A stretch of DNA of 64,000 bases from an uncultured Pelagibacteraceae bacterium (GCA_902532225.1 CACAHI010000002.1:569-64568); one strand, 5' to 3'. Positions 29,128 through 38,924 are shown, counted from the stretch's first letter. Notes: generated from the sequence alone by a model not told the origin. Numbers and translations: made by a program.

Positions 29128-29231
29128 ATTATTATCTCCTTTAAATTTTAAATAATAATTTTTTATAATTTCAAATAAAAAAAATAACTAACGCTAATGA
29201 TTAAAAATAGGTATGCAGTTTATGCATATAG

Positions 29232-29272
29232 AAACAGCCTTTATTAATTTATCATAATAATAAAGGCTGTTT
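29232..29272 (-). terminator. Intrinsic terminator after the HU gene
   Basis: Inverted repeat AAACAGCCTTTATTA...TAATAAAGGCTGTTT 8 nt after the stop codon. Confidence 0.75.
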
Positions 29273-29280
29273 ATAAAAGT

Positions 29281-29556
29281 TTACTTATTGAATATTTCTT
29301 TAAGTGCTTTAGCAGGTAAAAATTTTACCTTTTGAGATGCAGCTATTTGGATTTGTTCTCCAGTTCTTGGATTTCGTCCAATTCTAGCTTTTCTCTTTGC
29401 GACTTTATATGTTCCAAAACCAGCAATTTTCACTGAATCGTCACTTTTAAGTGCATCAAGAATAGTGTTGGTAATTGTATCAAAAGTACGCTCAGCATCA
29501 GCTTTGCTCTGATTTAAAGAGCCTGCTAATTTGGCTACTAATTGTTTTTTGTTCAT
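29281..29556 (-). CDS. hup: DNA-binding protein HU
   Basis: MNKKQLV, GFGTY, RKARIGRNPRTG and KFLPAKALK motifs. Confidence 0.95.
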   Translation of the reverse strand: MNKKQLVAKLAGSLNQSKADAERTFDTITNTILDALKSDDSVKIAGFGTYKVAKRKARIGRNPRTGEQIQIAASQKVKFLPAKALKEIFNK

Positions 29557-29639
29557 TTTAGCTCCGGTTTTAAAGGTTAATTGATATACTTAACAAAAAT
29601 GTTGATTTTTCAAGCTTTTTTTTAGTGTTCAAAATGTAT

Positions 29640-29648
29640 TTATCCACA
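29640..29648. promoter_or_regulatory. DnaA box upstream of the HU gene
   Basis: Perfect TTATCCACA in the rseP-hup intergenic region; a single copy could be chance. Confidence 0.4.
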
Positions 29649-29706
29649 ATATATTGTGCTGAAATAAGTATTGATTTTAAAGGGTTTTAAATGATTAAAA
29701 ATTCTT

Positions 29707-30816
29707 TTAAAATAAGCCTAAATCTCTTAAGTCATTAAATGTTGCGAAAAACATCAAAGATAAGAGTAAAAACATTCCGATTCGAAAAAAACCTTCCTGA
29801 GTTTTTTGACTTAAAGGTTTTCCTAAAATTTTTTCAAATCCGTAGAACAATAAATGACCGCCATCTAGCAAAGGAATTGGAAATAAATTAATTAAACCAA
29901 GGCTAATAGAGATATATGCCATTATACTTAAAAATGGAATAATTCCAAATTCAGCAACTTGTCCTGTTATTTTTGCTATTCTAATTGGTCCACCAAGTTG
30001 GGATGTATCACCTTTTCCAATTACCATGGAACCCAGGTATTTAAGAGAGGAAATAGTTACAAAATAAACTTCATTTAAAGAATGATAAAAAGCTTTAACA
30101 GGTCCCAATTTTACATGATTAACTTTATTATTATATGGACTTAAAGTAATACCAACCATTCGTTTTTTAATCTTATTACCTAAATTGTCTTCCGTCTCAA
30201 CAAGATTTGGTTTTACTTTAAATAAAATTTCTTGATCATATCTAGAAACTTTAAAATCTATGATTTCAGCAGTAGACATTGCTATAAGTTTTGACACATC
30301 AAGAATACTTTTAACCTTTGAACCATCTATTTCTAAAATAATGTCTTTTTTTTTTAATCCACTAACAAATGCAGGACTGTCCTTTCTTACTTCATCAATA
30401 ACAGCTGGCGTAAAATCTTTTCCAGCAAACATATAAATAAATAAAAATATAAAGATAGCTAAAATAAAATTTGCAATCGGACCTGCAGCAACAATCAAAG
30501 ATCTCTGGTATAACGGTTTTAAAACAAATAACTTTTTTCTATCTTCTTCATTATATTGTTTTAAAAGTTCTTCTTGATCAGACTGTGAAAAAACATTTCT
30601 ATCACCAAAAAATTTAACGTAACCACCTAAAGGTATCCAACATATTTTCCATCTAGTTCCAGATTTATCATTCCATCCAAATAATTCTTTTCCAAATCCT
30701 ATTGAAAAATCAGTTACACCTACACCATACTTTTTAGCAAAATAATAGTGTCCATATTCATGAATAAATACAACAACTAAAATTAAAACTATAAATGGTA
30801 ATATAAAATTAAGCAT
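29707..30816 (-). CDS. rseP: RIP metalloprotease RseP
   Basis: HEYGH, FSIGFG, PLGGYV, AGPIANF, PDZ region and NLFPIPLLDGG motifs. Confidence 0.95.
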   Translation of the reverse strand: MLNFILPFIVLILVVVFIHEYGHYYFAKKYGVGVTDFSIGFGKELFGWNDKSGTRWKICWIPLGGYVKFFGDRNVFSQSDQEELLKQYNEEDRKKLFVLKPLYQRSLIVAAGPIANFILAIFIFLFIYMFAGKDFTPAVIDEVRKDSPAFVSGLKKKDIILEIDGSKVKSILDVSKLIAMSTAEIIDFKVSRYDQEILFKVKPNLVETEDNLGNKIKKRMVGITLSPYNNKVNHVKLGPVKAFYHSLNEVYFVTISSLKYLGSMVIGKGDTSQLGGPIRIAKITGQVAEFGIIPFLSIMAYISISLGLINLFPIPLLDGGHLLFYGFEKILGKPLSQKTQEGFFRIGMFLLLSLMFFATFNDLRDLGLF

Positions 30817-30837
30817 ATATCATGAATAATAAACATT

Positions 30838-32268
30838 TTATTTAATTTTCCAAGTAAGTATCGGAAAAAATGTTGCTGTCAAAAATGACATAAACAATAA
30901 CGAATTTGACATAAATGATGGGACATAATGTGTAGGGATCAATATACCAATTAAAATAGATTTTGAAAAATCTGGACTTGGAAATAAAATAAGCCCGACT
31001 AATAAACCAATAATAATTGAAATATAAGCATTTTTTTCTTTAATACTTTTATCATAAAAACTATAAAAAATTGTTAGAACTGCAGCGCAACAAAATAAAT
31101 CAGCTAGCAAAAATAAGTAAAGTATACTTAATCCTTTTGATGCAACAAAAAAAGACACTAGAGATATAATAATTATTATTTTTTTAGACAAATTTAAATA
31201 ATCAACTTTAATATTTGTTAGTTTATTTCCATCTACTATAATTAAACTTGATATAGCATTAATCAAAGTATCAATGCTGCTAATTGTTAACGATATTGCT
31301 AATAGCAATATTATAAATGACATCATTAAAGTATTTTCATTTAGCAACAATGAGAAGAAAGCAAGATCAGAAACTACATTTGAATTTTTTGATACAGCTA
31401 TCAAACCAATGAATCCCATTAAAAATACAATTGGTATAATAATTACAAACGATGAAATTAAACTATATTTTAATACTCTATTGTCTTTTGCTGCATATAT
31501 TCTTTGCCAATTTCCTTGATGAAAAAGATTTGTTGCTGCAACAGCAATGAAAAATGTTAATCCTGCAGTAAAGTTAGGCAGATAATTTAAGCTTAATAAT
31601 TCAGGTTTTCTTAATTTGATATATCCAAAGTTAAATTCATTGTTAGCTGATGTTAAAAAAAAGTTAAAACATATAAGTAATAAAATTCCAAATACAATAA
31701 ACTGAATATTGTCTGTAAAAATTGAAGCTCTTAGACCTCCATATAATGTATAAGTAAGTGAACAAATAATTATGATTAGAGAAGTTATCCATAGATCAGT
31801 TCCTGAAATATAATTAATCAACATTGAAACAGCTGTAACCTCTGCAATTAAAAAAATAGTCATATAAAAAATTGATAAAAAAAGTATTAGTTTAAATAAA
31901 TTTAGCCCAAATCTTCTTCTGATTACTTCAATTAAAGTTCTTCCTTTAGAATGAGAATTTCTTATTTTTTTTCCTATGTAAATTAATATAAATAATGGAA
32001 ATGCTGTTCCTAGTGAATATCCTATAACTGCACCTATACCACCCCAAGTCGCTGCTGATGCTGGTCCAAATAAAATCCATGTACCTAGTGCTGATGCAAC
32101 AAAACTTGAAGTTAATGAAAAAATCCCAATGTTTCTATTTGCAACTAAATAGTTATTTATTCCACGATATTTTTTTGAATAAACAATCCCTATTATAGCA
32201 AACAAAATACTTATAATTAGAGTTAATGAAATAGCTGCAGGCTGGCTTATAATATTTATTACTTCCAT
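30838..32268 (-). CDS. thiV: Sodium:solute symporter, ThiV-like (thiamine precursor/HMP uptake)
   Basis: SSS-family TM pattern (YTLYGGLRASIFTD, WQRIYAA) directly downstream of a TPP-type riboswitch. Confidence 0.8.
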   Translation of the reverse strand: MEVINIISQPAAISLTLIISILFAIIGIVYSKKYRGINNYLVANRNIGIFSLTSSFVASALGTWILFGPASAATWGGIGAVIGYSLGTAFPLFILIYIGKKIRNSHSKGRTLIEVIRRRFGLNLFKLILFLSIFYMTIFLIAEVTAVSMLINYISGTDLWITSLIIIICSLTYTLYGGLRASIFTDNIQFIVFGILLLICFNFFLTSANNEFNFGYIKLRKPELLSLNYLPNFTAGLTFFIAVAATNLFHQGNWQRIYAAKDNRVLKYSLISSFVIIIPIVFLMGFIGLIAVSKNSNVVSDLAFFSLLLNENTLMMSFIILLLAISLTISSIDTLINAISSLIIVDGNKLTNIKVDYLNLSKKIIIIISLVSFFVASKGLSILYLFLLADLFCCAAVLTIFYSFYDKSIKEKNAYISIIIGLLVGLILFPSPDFSKSILIGILIPTHYVPSFMSNSLLFMSFLTATFFPILTWKIK

Positions 32269-32338
32269 TTTATCCCTTTCTGAATTACCGGACAGGTTCT
32301 AAGGGTTTAATCTCAGTCTTTCGACACCCCTTTAAAAT
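32267..32338 (-). ncRNA. TPP-class riboswitch (variant 3' arm)
   Basis: Minus strand GGGGTGTCGAAAGACTGAGATTAAACCCTTAGAACCTG...AGGGA; putative P1 (ATTTTA/TAAAAT) overlaps the start codon. Confidence 0.85.
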
Positions 32339-32357
32339 AAATTATATTAAATAAAAT

Positions 32358-33419
32358 TTAAAAGCAAACTATATGGTCTATATAAATCGGCCTTTTTATA
32401 CCAAATTTTTCATCTACTTCGTGTTGATGTATATGGTGGGAATGTACAAAAACAGGTATAAGTTTGTTGCTTGAAGTTTTAAGAGTATAAATAAAATTAG
32501 TACCTCTAAATTTTCTATCTACGACTTCAAGTTTAAGATTGCTTTTATCGTCATGTTCTAAATCCTCTGGTTGAAGTAATAATTGAACTTTTGATCCTTT
32601 TGGATAATGTTTAATAAAATTTCCTTTAATTGTTCCAAGATCTTCATTTTCAAGACTACTTTCGCCTGTAACCTTTGCGGGTATAAGAATTCCTCTGTTT
32701 AGAAAATTTACAACTTCGATAGAATTTGGAAAATGATATACATTATATGGATCATCAAACTGCTTAAGTTTTTCATCCAAAATTAAACCACATTTATTTC
32801 CTAAGTAGAAAGCTTCGTAAGAATCATGGGTAACAACAATGGTTGTTATTTTTAAATCATTTAAAAGTTTTTTCAGTTGGACTTGTATTTCTTCTTTAAA
32901 ACTTTGATCAACGTTTGATAATGGTTCATCTAACAATAAAAGATCAGGTTGAGTAACTAATGATCTAGCAAGAGCTGCTCTTTGTGCTTCCCCTGCACTT
33001 ATTTGGTGAGGATATTTACTTAATATTTTCTCTATATTTAACAATTGAATTATTTTTTTAGGGTTTATTTTCTTTTTTCCGTTTGCTTTTTTTGCTTCAG
33101 CTCCTAAATATATATTTTTTTCAACCGTATAATGAGGAAATAAACTATTTTCTTGAAATGATAGGGAAATATTACGATTTTCTGGTTCAATATGATTTTT
33201 TGCAGAAGATAAAATATTTTCTTTAAGTTTTATTGATCCAGATTTAATTTTTTCTAACCCAGCGATTGTTCTAAGGATTGTGGTTTTGCCGACTCCAGAT
33301 GGTCCTAACAGACAAATTATATCTCCCTTATTTTCAATATTAAAAGAGACGTTTCTTACTTTAGTTTTTCCACCAGCTCTAAAACTAACATTTTTAATTT
33401 CTAAAAAATTTTTACTCAT
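32358..33419 (-). CDS. fbpC: Fe(III) ABC transporter ATP-binding subunit
   Basis: GPSGVGKT Walker A, ISAGEAQR signature, LLLLDEP, VTHD. Confidence 0.9.
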   Translation of the reverse strand: MSKNFLEIKNVSFRAGGKTKVRNVSFNIENKGDIICLLGPSGVGKTTILRTIAGLEKIKSGSIKLKENILSSAKNHIEPENRNISLSFQENSLFPHYTVEKNIYLGAEAKKANGKKKINPKKIIQLLNIEKILSKYPHQISAGEAQRAALARSLVTQPDLLLLDEPLSNVDQSFKEEIQVQLKKLLNDLKITTIVVTHDSYEAFYLGNKCGLILDEKLKQFDDPYNVYHFPNSIEVVNFLNRGILIPAKVTGESSLENEDLGTIKGNFIKHYPKGSKVQLLLQPEDLEHDDKSNLKLEVVDRKFRGTNFIYTLKTSSNKLIPVFVHSHHIHQHEVDEKFGIKRPIYIDHIVCF

Positions 33420-35034
33420 CTTTATCTCTTAAAATATAATTAGACGTAAGTAAAATAAAGAAACTTGCAATAATTATCAAACATAATGATGGGACTGCAG
33501 CGGCTTCCAATAAATCCTCAGATGCCGAAATATACGCTGTAGTTGCAAAAGTTTCAAAATTAAATGGTCTTAAAATAAGTGTAATTGGCAATTCCCTAAT
33601 TATTTCTAATGAAATTAATATAATAACAAATAAAAGTGAATTTCTTAGGTAAGGAATGTGAATATTTAAAAAAGTTTTTGTTTTAGAATACCCTAGCAGA
33701 TAAGCACTCTCATCAACAGCAATATTCATTTTTTCATATCCTGATTTTATTCCATTAAAAGCTAATGAATAAAATCTTACAAAATAAACTATTACTAAAC
33801 CCAAAACAGAACCAATAAATATTTTTTTTATTGATAAAAATCCTAATGCTTTAATCATATTTTCATCAAACCATGCAACAAAAGTTATAAATGCTATAGC
33901 AAGAATTACTCCTGGTATTGCATAACCAGAAATTGAAAAAGTAGATAAAGCATTTAAAATTTTTTTATTAGAAACTCTATTTCCATAATTAGAAATTAAA
34001 GCAAAAAATATTAAAACTAAACTTGATAAAGAAACTAGATATAAAGTATTAAGTAAAAGATCGATTATTTCAAAGCCAATCAAATTTTCAGGGAATTTTA
34101 TTGTCCAGTATAACATTTGGCTTAATGGAAATAAAAAACTTAAAAAAAACAAAGTGAAACAAAACATAAATGCAAAAAAAGACTTCGTACCATAAAGTTT
34201 AACTTTTTCCTTTTTCTTAAATCCACCTTTTGCTTCCAAGTGATACTTGGCTTTTTTTCTAGATAAATTTTCAGTTAGAAATAATATAAAAATAAATAGC
34301 AAAAGAAAAAAGGATATTCGATTTGCGAATGCCAAGTCATCAAAGGTTATCCAAGCATTATAAATACCAGTGGTTAATGTGTTTACAGAAAAAAAATCTA
34401 CTGCTCCAAATTCAGCTAATGTTTCCATTGCTACCAATGATAAACCTGCAACAATTGCAGGGCGCGCGGAAGGTAATATTATTGAATAAAAAGATTTAAA
34501 TTTTGAAAAACCAAGATTTTTACCTAGTTCTATTAAACTTTGCGATTGGTATAAAAATGACGATCTTGCAAGTATATATACATAAACATACAATGAGAAA
34601 GATATTGATAATATTAATCCAAACATACCATCTAATTTTGGAATTTGTTTGTTGTAATTTCCATCACCAAAAAAATATTTTAAAATCGTAAATGCTGTCC
34701 CATAATTTTCAAAAAAAGCGAATAAAGAATAAGCATAGATATAAGGAGGTACAGCAAAAGATAGTATTAAAGCCCATTTAAAAAAATTAGCACAAGGAAA
34801 CTGATAAAAAGAAACTAGATATGCCGAACCTACTCCTAATATAAATGTTAAAAATAAAACCCCAATCAAAAGAGTTAATGAATTAAATATATATTCGAAA
34901 AAGAAAGTTTGTTTAAGAATTTCAAAATAGTTTGATGTATCTTGAAAAAAACTTGCAAAAACTGTTAAAATTGGAATAGCAACAACTATTGAAATTACAA
35001 ATGAACTTACATACCAGGCATTAAGCTGTTTCAT
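33412..35034 (-). CDS. fbpB: Fe(III) ABC transporter permease
   Basis: Duplicated permease; ARPAIVAG, METLAEFG and ELPITLILRPFNFET motifs. Confidence 0.9.
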   Translation of the reverse strand: MKQLNAWYVSSFVISIVVAIPILTVFASFFQDTSNYFEILKQTFFFEYIFNSLTLLIGVLFLTFILGVGSAYLVSFYQFPCANFFKWALILSFAVPPYIYAYSLFAFFENYGTAFTILKYFFGDGNYNKQIPKLDGMFGLILSISFSLYVYVYILARSSFLYQSQSLIELGKNLGFSKFKSFYSIILPSARPAIVAGLSLVAMETLAEFGAVDFFSVNTLTTGIYNAWITFDDLAFANRISFFLLLFIFILFLTENLSRKKAKYHLEAKGGFKKKEKVKLYGTKSFFAFMFCFTLFFLSFLFPLSQMLYWTIKFPENLIGFEIIDLLLNTLYLVSLSSLVLIFFALISNYGNRVSNKKILNALSTFSISGYAIPGVILAIAFITFVAWFDENMIKALGFLSIKKIFIGSVLGLVIVYFVRFYSLAFNGIKSGYEKMNIAVDESAYLLGYSKTKTFLNIHIPYLRNSLLFVIILISLEIIRELPITLILRPFNFETFATTAYISASEDLLEAAAVPSLCLIIIASFFILLTSNYILRDKDE

Positions 35035-35066
35035 ATTATAATCCGCCTTATAATCATGAAAACGAA

Positions 35067-35108
35067 AGTGCCCATGGCGAAAGGAGACCCTTCTTAACCA
35101 TGGACACT
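35067..35108 (-). terminator. Stable hairpin between the Fe SBP unit and the permease gene
   Basis: Minus strand AGTGTCCATGG...CCATGGGCACT (11 bp with one G-U pair) followed by TTCGTTTT. Confidence 0.7.
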
Positions 35109-35123
35109 AATTCAAGAAAATAT

Positions 35124-35291
35124 CTAAAAATTAAAAACTTTTAGGATGTGCGGAACCTCCTTGGTTTTTATTTCTGATAGTTTTCTATCATTTATTCTTT
35201 CATTGATTTTTTCACACTCTAAGAAACATGTGGGACATGACTCAGCTGATTTATTATAATCAATTTCAGAAATAAATTCTTTTTTATCCAT
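35124..35291 (-). CDS. 55-aa Cys-motif protein (not in ORF track)
   Basis: MDKKEFISEIDYNKSAESCPTCFLECEKINERINDRKLSEIKTKEVPHILKVFNF; ATG 1 nt after the stop of the iron SBP gene. Confidence 0.65.
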   Translation of the reverse strand: MDKKEFISEIDYNKSAESCPTCFLECEKINERINDRKLSEIKTKEVPHILKVFNF

Positions 35292-35292
35292 A

Positions 35293-36321
35293 CTACTTCC
35301 AACCAGCAGCAGTCATTACTTCTAATGCAGCAGCTTGGTTTTTTCCGTAAGTAGAAACTTTTGTTTTTAAATCTTGTTTAAAATCTAATCCCAAATTGTT
35401 TACTACTAATGGACTTGGTGAAACACCGGCAATCATTGGAAACTCAAAAGTATTATTAGTAAAGTGTTCTTGAGCCGAAGGTGATAATAAGTAATCAACA
35501 AGAGCTATAGCATTTGCTTTGTTTGGAGCACCTTTAACTAGAGCAGCACAACTAATATTCATGTGTGTTCCTCTTCCATCTTGATTTGGGAAAAATGCTT
35601 TAACTTTTTTAGCAGCTTCTTGTTGTTCTGCACCTTTGTTACCTGATAACATAAGAGCTAAATAATATGTGTTAGCTACAGCAATGTCAGCTTCTCCAGC
35701 AGCTACTGCCATAATTTGTGCTCTGTCGTTTCCTGTAGATTCTCTAGCCATGTTCGCAACAACTCCCTTTGCCCATTCAGCTGTAGCTTTTTTTCCATTG
35801 TTCGCAATTAATGAAGCTACAAGAGATTTATTGTAAATGTTGCTAGATTTTCTAATTACCAATCTACCTTTCCATTTTGGATCAGCTAGACCTTCATAAG
35901 TCATTCCAGATAATTCAGCACCAGTAACTCTTTCTGGAGAGTAATAAATTATTCTTGCTCTTTTTGCTACTCCAACCCAGTGTGCTGTTTTAAAGTTTTT
36001 TGGAACAGATGATTTAATTGTAGATGAAGTTAATCCTCCTTGAGTCATGCCTTTTGCTTGAAAAGCACCACATCTTCCAGCATCAGCTGTGATGTAAAGA
36101 TCTGCCGAAGAGTCAGAGCCTTCTTCTATCATTCTTTTTTCTAAAGCTCCTGATTTCCCGTTAATTAAATTTACCTTTATTCCAGTCGCTGCTGTAAACT
36201 TATCGTAAAGTTCAGCATCGGCTTTATAATGTCTTGCATTGAAAATGTTTACTTCGCTTGATATTGCAAAAGTTGATACAACCAATGAAAGAACAAAACT
36301 TAAAATTGTTATTTTTCTCAT
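35293..36321 (-). CDS. fbpA: Fe(III) ABC transporter substrate-binding protein (FutA/FbpA-like)
   Basis: Signal peptide; ARHY, NIYNKSL, GNDRAQI, ANTYY and GTHMN motifs. Confidence 0.92.
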   Translation of the reverse strand: MRKITILSFVLSLVVSTFAISSEVNIFNARHYKADAELYDKFTAATGIKVNLINGKSGALEKRMIEEGSDSSADLYITADAGRCGAFQAKGMTQGGLTSSTIKSSVPKNFKTAHWVGVAKRARIIYYSPERVTGAELSGMTYEGLADPKWKGRLVIRKSSNIYNKSLVASLIANNGKKATAEWAKGVVANMARESTGNDRAQIMAVAAGEADIAVANTYYLALMLSGNKGAEQQEAAKKVKAFFPNQDGRGTHMNISCAALVKGAPNKANAIALVDYLLSPSAQEHFTNNTFEFPMIAGVSPSPLVVNNLGLDFKQDLKTKVSTYGKNQAAALEVMTAAGWK

Positions 36322-36341
36322 TATTCTCCTTGTTTTTTATT

Positions 36342-36382
36342 GAAAATGATAACTATTCTCAACGATAATGATTATCAATTGC
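36342..36382. promoter_or_regulatory. Two Fur boxes upstream of the iron SBP gene
   Basis: GAAAATGATAACTATTCTC (36342-36360) and GATAATGATTATCAATTGC (36364-36382), each 15/19 to GATAATGATAATCATTATC. Confidence 0.8.
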
Positions 36383-36406
36383 ATCTATTGACGCAGGTGT
36401 CAATAT

Positions 36407-37297
36407 CTAAAATTTCCACTCTGATATTTTGCTATAAAGAAAGTTTCTAAAGGCCTGTACTCTGGCTACATTTTTCATCGATTGAGGATATACGAAATGT
36501 GCTTCTGTGATTGGTCCTTCTACGTTAGGTAAAATTTTAACTATATTTGGCTGATTTACTGTTAAATAATCAGGTAGAGCTGCAAGCCCTACTCCTGTTT
36601 GTACAGCTAAAAGTAAACCATAAACACTATTTACTTTCATGCATGTTTTTCTCTTTTTATTATCTTTCATCCCAAGCTTTAAAGCCCAATCAGGGTTATA
36701 AACTGGGGATGGATTTCCTTTCCCGTAAGATATAAATTTATGTTTGTTCAAATCATTTATTGTTTTCGGATAACCATATTTTTCAAGATATTTTGTTGAT
36801 CCATAGACGTGATAATTAATATCAATTAACTTTTTTTGTATATAATTAAGCTGTTTTGGTCTTCTCATAAATATTCCAATATCCGCTTGTCTTGTGCTTA
36901 AATCTAATTCTTTATCATCAAAGATTAATTCAACCTCAATTTCTGGGTTTAATTGCATAAACTCCTGTATTCTAGGAGTTAGCCAAGTAGTTCCAAAACT
37001 AACTACTGTTGTAACTGTAAGTTTTCCACTGGGTTTGTTCTTTTTATCGCCCAATGTGGTTTCAACTTCTTTTAATTTCCTTATTACTTCATGAGCTGTT
37101 TTAAAAACGTATTCACCATTTTCAGTTAAAGTAAGACCTCTTGCGTGTCTTTCAAATAATTTTACTTTGAGATCTTCTTCTAAAGATTGAATTTGTCTAC
37201 TTATAGCTGATTGGCTTAAATTTAAATTAACAGTGGCGCTAGTAAAACTTCCTGCCTCAGCAACAGCATGAAAAATTTTTAACTTATCCCAATCCAT
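36407..37297 (-). CDS. LysR-family transcriptional regulator
   Basis: MDWDKLKIFHAVAEAGSFT...LSQSAISRQI...LFERHARG HTH; DLSTRQAD. Confidence 0.95.
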   Translation of the reverse strand: MDWDKLKIFHAVAEAGSFTSATVNLNLSQSAISRQIQSLEEDLKVKLFERHARGLTLTENGEYVFKTAHEVIRKLKEVETTLGDKKNKPSGKLTVTTVVSFGTTWLTPRIQEFMQLNPEIEVELIFDDKELDLSTRQADIGIFMRRPKQLNYIQKKLIDINYHVYGSTKYLEKYGYPKTINDLNKHKFISYGKGNPSPVYNPDWALKLGMKDNKKRKTCMKVNSVYGLLLAVQTGVGLAALPDYLTVNQPNIVKILPNVEGPITEAHFVYPQSMKNVARVQAFRNFLYSKISEWKF

Positions 37298-38298
37298 TAT
37301 TTATTTAAATTAATTATATATCTTCCTGAAGTTTTTCCTTCCAGCATCTTTGAATATTCATCCAAAAGCTGTTCTAAAGATATTTCCTTAATAGATTTAT
37401 CTAAAAGTTCGAAATCTACTAATTTTGATGCTTCATCCCAAAGAAATTCTCTTCTTTTAATTGAAACACTTACTGAGTCAATTCCCCAGAGTTTTACACC
37501 ACGAATAATAAATGGCATTACTGTAGTATTAAGTTTAATACTTGAAGCATTACCACATGCTGCAACAATTCCATTTGGTTTTATATGAGATAAAACTTTT
37601 GATAAAATATTTCCTCCAACAGTATCTACAGCTCCATCATATAAGCCTTTATCCAAAGGCCTTGACTCTCCATCTAAATCGCCAGATTTTATAACATTTT
37701 TAGCACCAATAGATTTTAAATAATCTTCGTTTGGTTTAGTAGTAGCTGCAGTTACATTGCAACCCATTTTACTTAGCATCATAACTGCGATGCTTCCAAC
37801 ACCTCCTGATGCACCAGTTACAATTACATCATTAACTTTTTCACCTAGTAATAAAACTTCTCTTGTTTGTTTTGTTGTGAAAGCACACTGTATAGCTGTT
37901 AAACCGGCAGTACCTAACATCATTGCTTGCCTTGATGTAATATTTTTGGGTTTCTTAACTAAAAAATCTGCATTTACTTTTGCGTATTGTGAATATCCTC
38001 CATAATAAATTTCTCCAACTCTCCAACCCGTTTGAATAATTTCATCACCTTCTTTAAACTTATCACTTTTGCTTTCGACAACTTTTCCAGAAAAATCTAT
38101 TCCAGGTATGTGTGGAAATTCTTTGACCAGTCTTGCCCCATTTTTTAAAATTAAAGCGTCTTTAAAATTCAGTGTTGAATAATCGACTTTAACTAAAACA
38201 TCTCCATGTTTTAAAAAACTTTTATCAACTTCTTTGATTTCTCTTGAAAACTTTTCGCCTTCTTGATTAATAATTATAGCTTTAAATTTATCTGACAT
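37297..38298 (-). CDS. acuI: Acryloyl-CoA reductase, AcuI/YhdH family
   Basis: YSTLNFKD, PGIDFSG, GTAGLTA, TGASGGVGS, DTVGG and PFIIRGVKLWGIDSV motifs. Confidence 0.85.
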   Translation of the reverse strand: MSDKFKAIIINQEGEKFSREIKEVDKSFLKHGDVLVKVDYSTLNFKDALILKNGARLVKEFPHIPGIDFSGKVVESKSDKFKEGDEIIQTGWRVGEIYYGGYSQYAKVNADFLVKKPKNITSRQAMMLGTAGLTAIQCAFTTKQTREVLLLGEKVNDVIVTGASGGVGSIAVMMLSKMGCNVTAATTKPNEDYLKSIGAKNVIKSGDLDGESRPLDKGLYDGAVDTVGGNILSKVLSHIKPNGIVAACGNASSIKLNTTVMPFIIRGVKLWGIDSVSVSIKRREFLWDEASKLVDFELLDKSIKEISLEQLLDEYSKMLEGKTSGRYIINLNK

Positions 38299-38318
38299 TG
38301 AATTAATTATATAGATAT

Positions 38319-38924
38319 TTATTTACTTATAAATCTCAAATATCTATTTTGAAAACTTAAATCTTCTTTAAATTGTCCTAAATAATAGTTAGTCACTGTT
38401 GTAGCTTGTTCTTTTTTAATACCTCTCATAGTCATGCATTGATGTGCTGCATCAACAGAAACGGCAACACCCTTTGCATCTAACGCCTCCATCAATGTTG
38501 TGGCTATTTGTTTTGTTAGCCTTTCTTGTGTTTGCAATCTTTTTGCATAAACATCGACTACTCTCGCTAATTTACTTAATCCTACAACTTTATTTTTTGG
38601 TATATAAGCAACATGTACAACTCCAATTATTGGTGCCATATGGTGTTCGCAATGACTTTGTAGAGATATATTTTTTTGTATCACCATATCATCGTAACCT
38701 TCTACATCTCCAAAAGTTTTTGATAATATAGATTTAGCATCAACATCATATCCACTAAAATATTCTTTAAATGCTTTAACTAATCTTTTCGGTGTTTCTA
38801 CTAATCCCTCTCTCTCAGGATTTTCACCTATCCATTTCAATATTTTTTTGAACGCTTCCTCCGCTTCTTTGTCAGAAACGTTATTTTTAACTAAATCCTT
38901 TTCAATGTTTTTTACTAATTTCAT
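38319..38924 (-). CDS. folE: GTP cyclohydrolase I
   Basis: REGLVETPKR, SHCEHH, VGLSKLAR, RLQTQERLT and HQCMTMRG motifs. Confidence 0.97.
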   Translation of the reverse strand: MKLVKNIEKDLVKNNVSDKEAEEAFKKILKWIGENPEREGLVETPKRLVKAFKEYFSGYDVDAKSILSKTFGDVEGYDDMVIQKNISLQSHCEHHMAPIIGVVHVAYIPKNKVVGLSKLARVVDVYAKRLQTQERLTKQIATTLMEALDAKGVAVSVDAAHQCMTMRGIKKEQATTVTNYYLGQFKEDLSFQNRYLRFISK

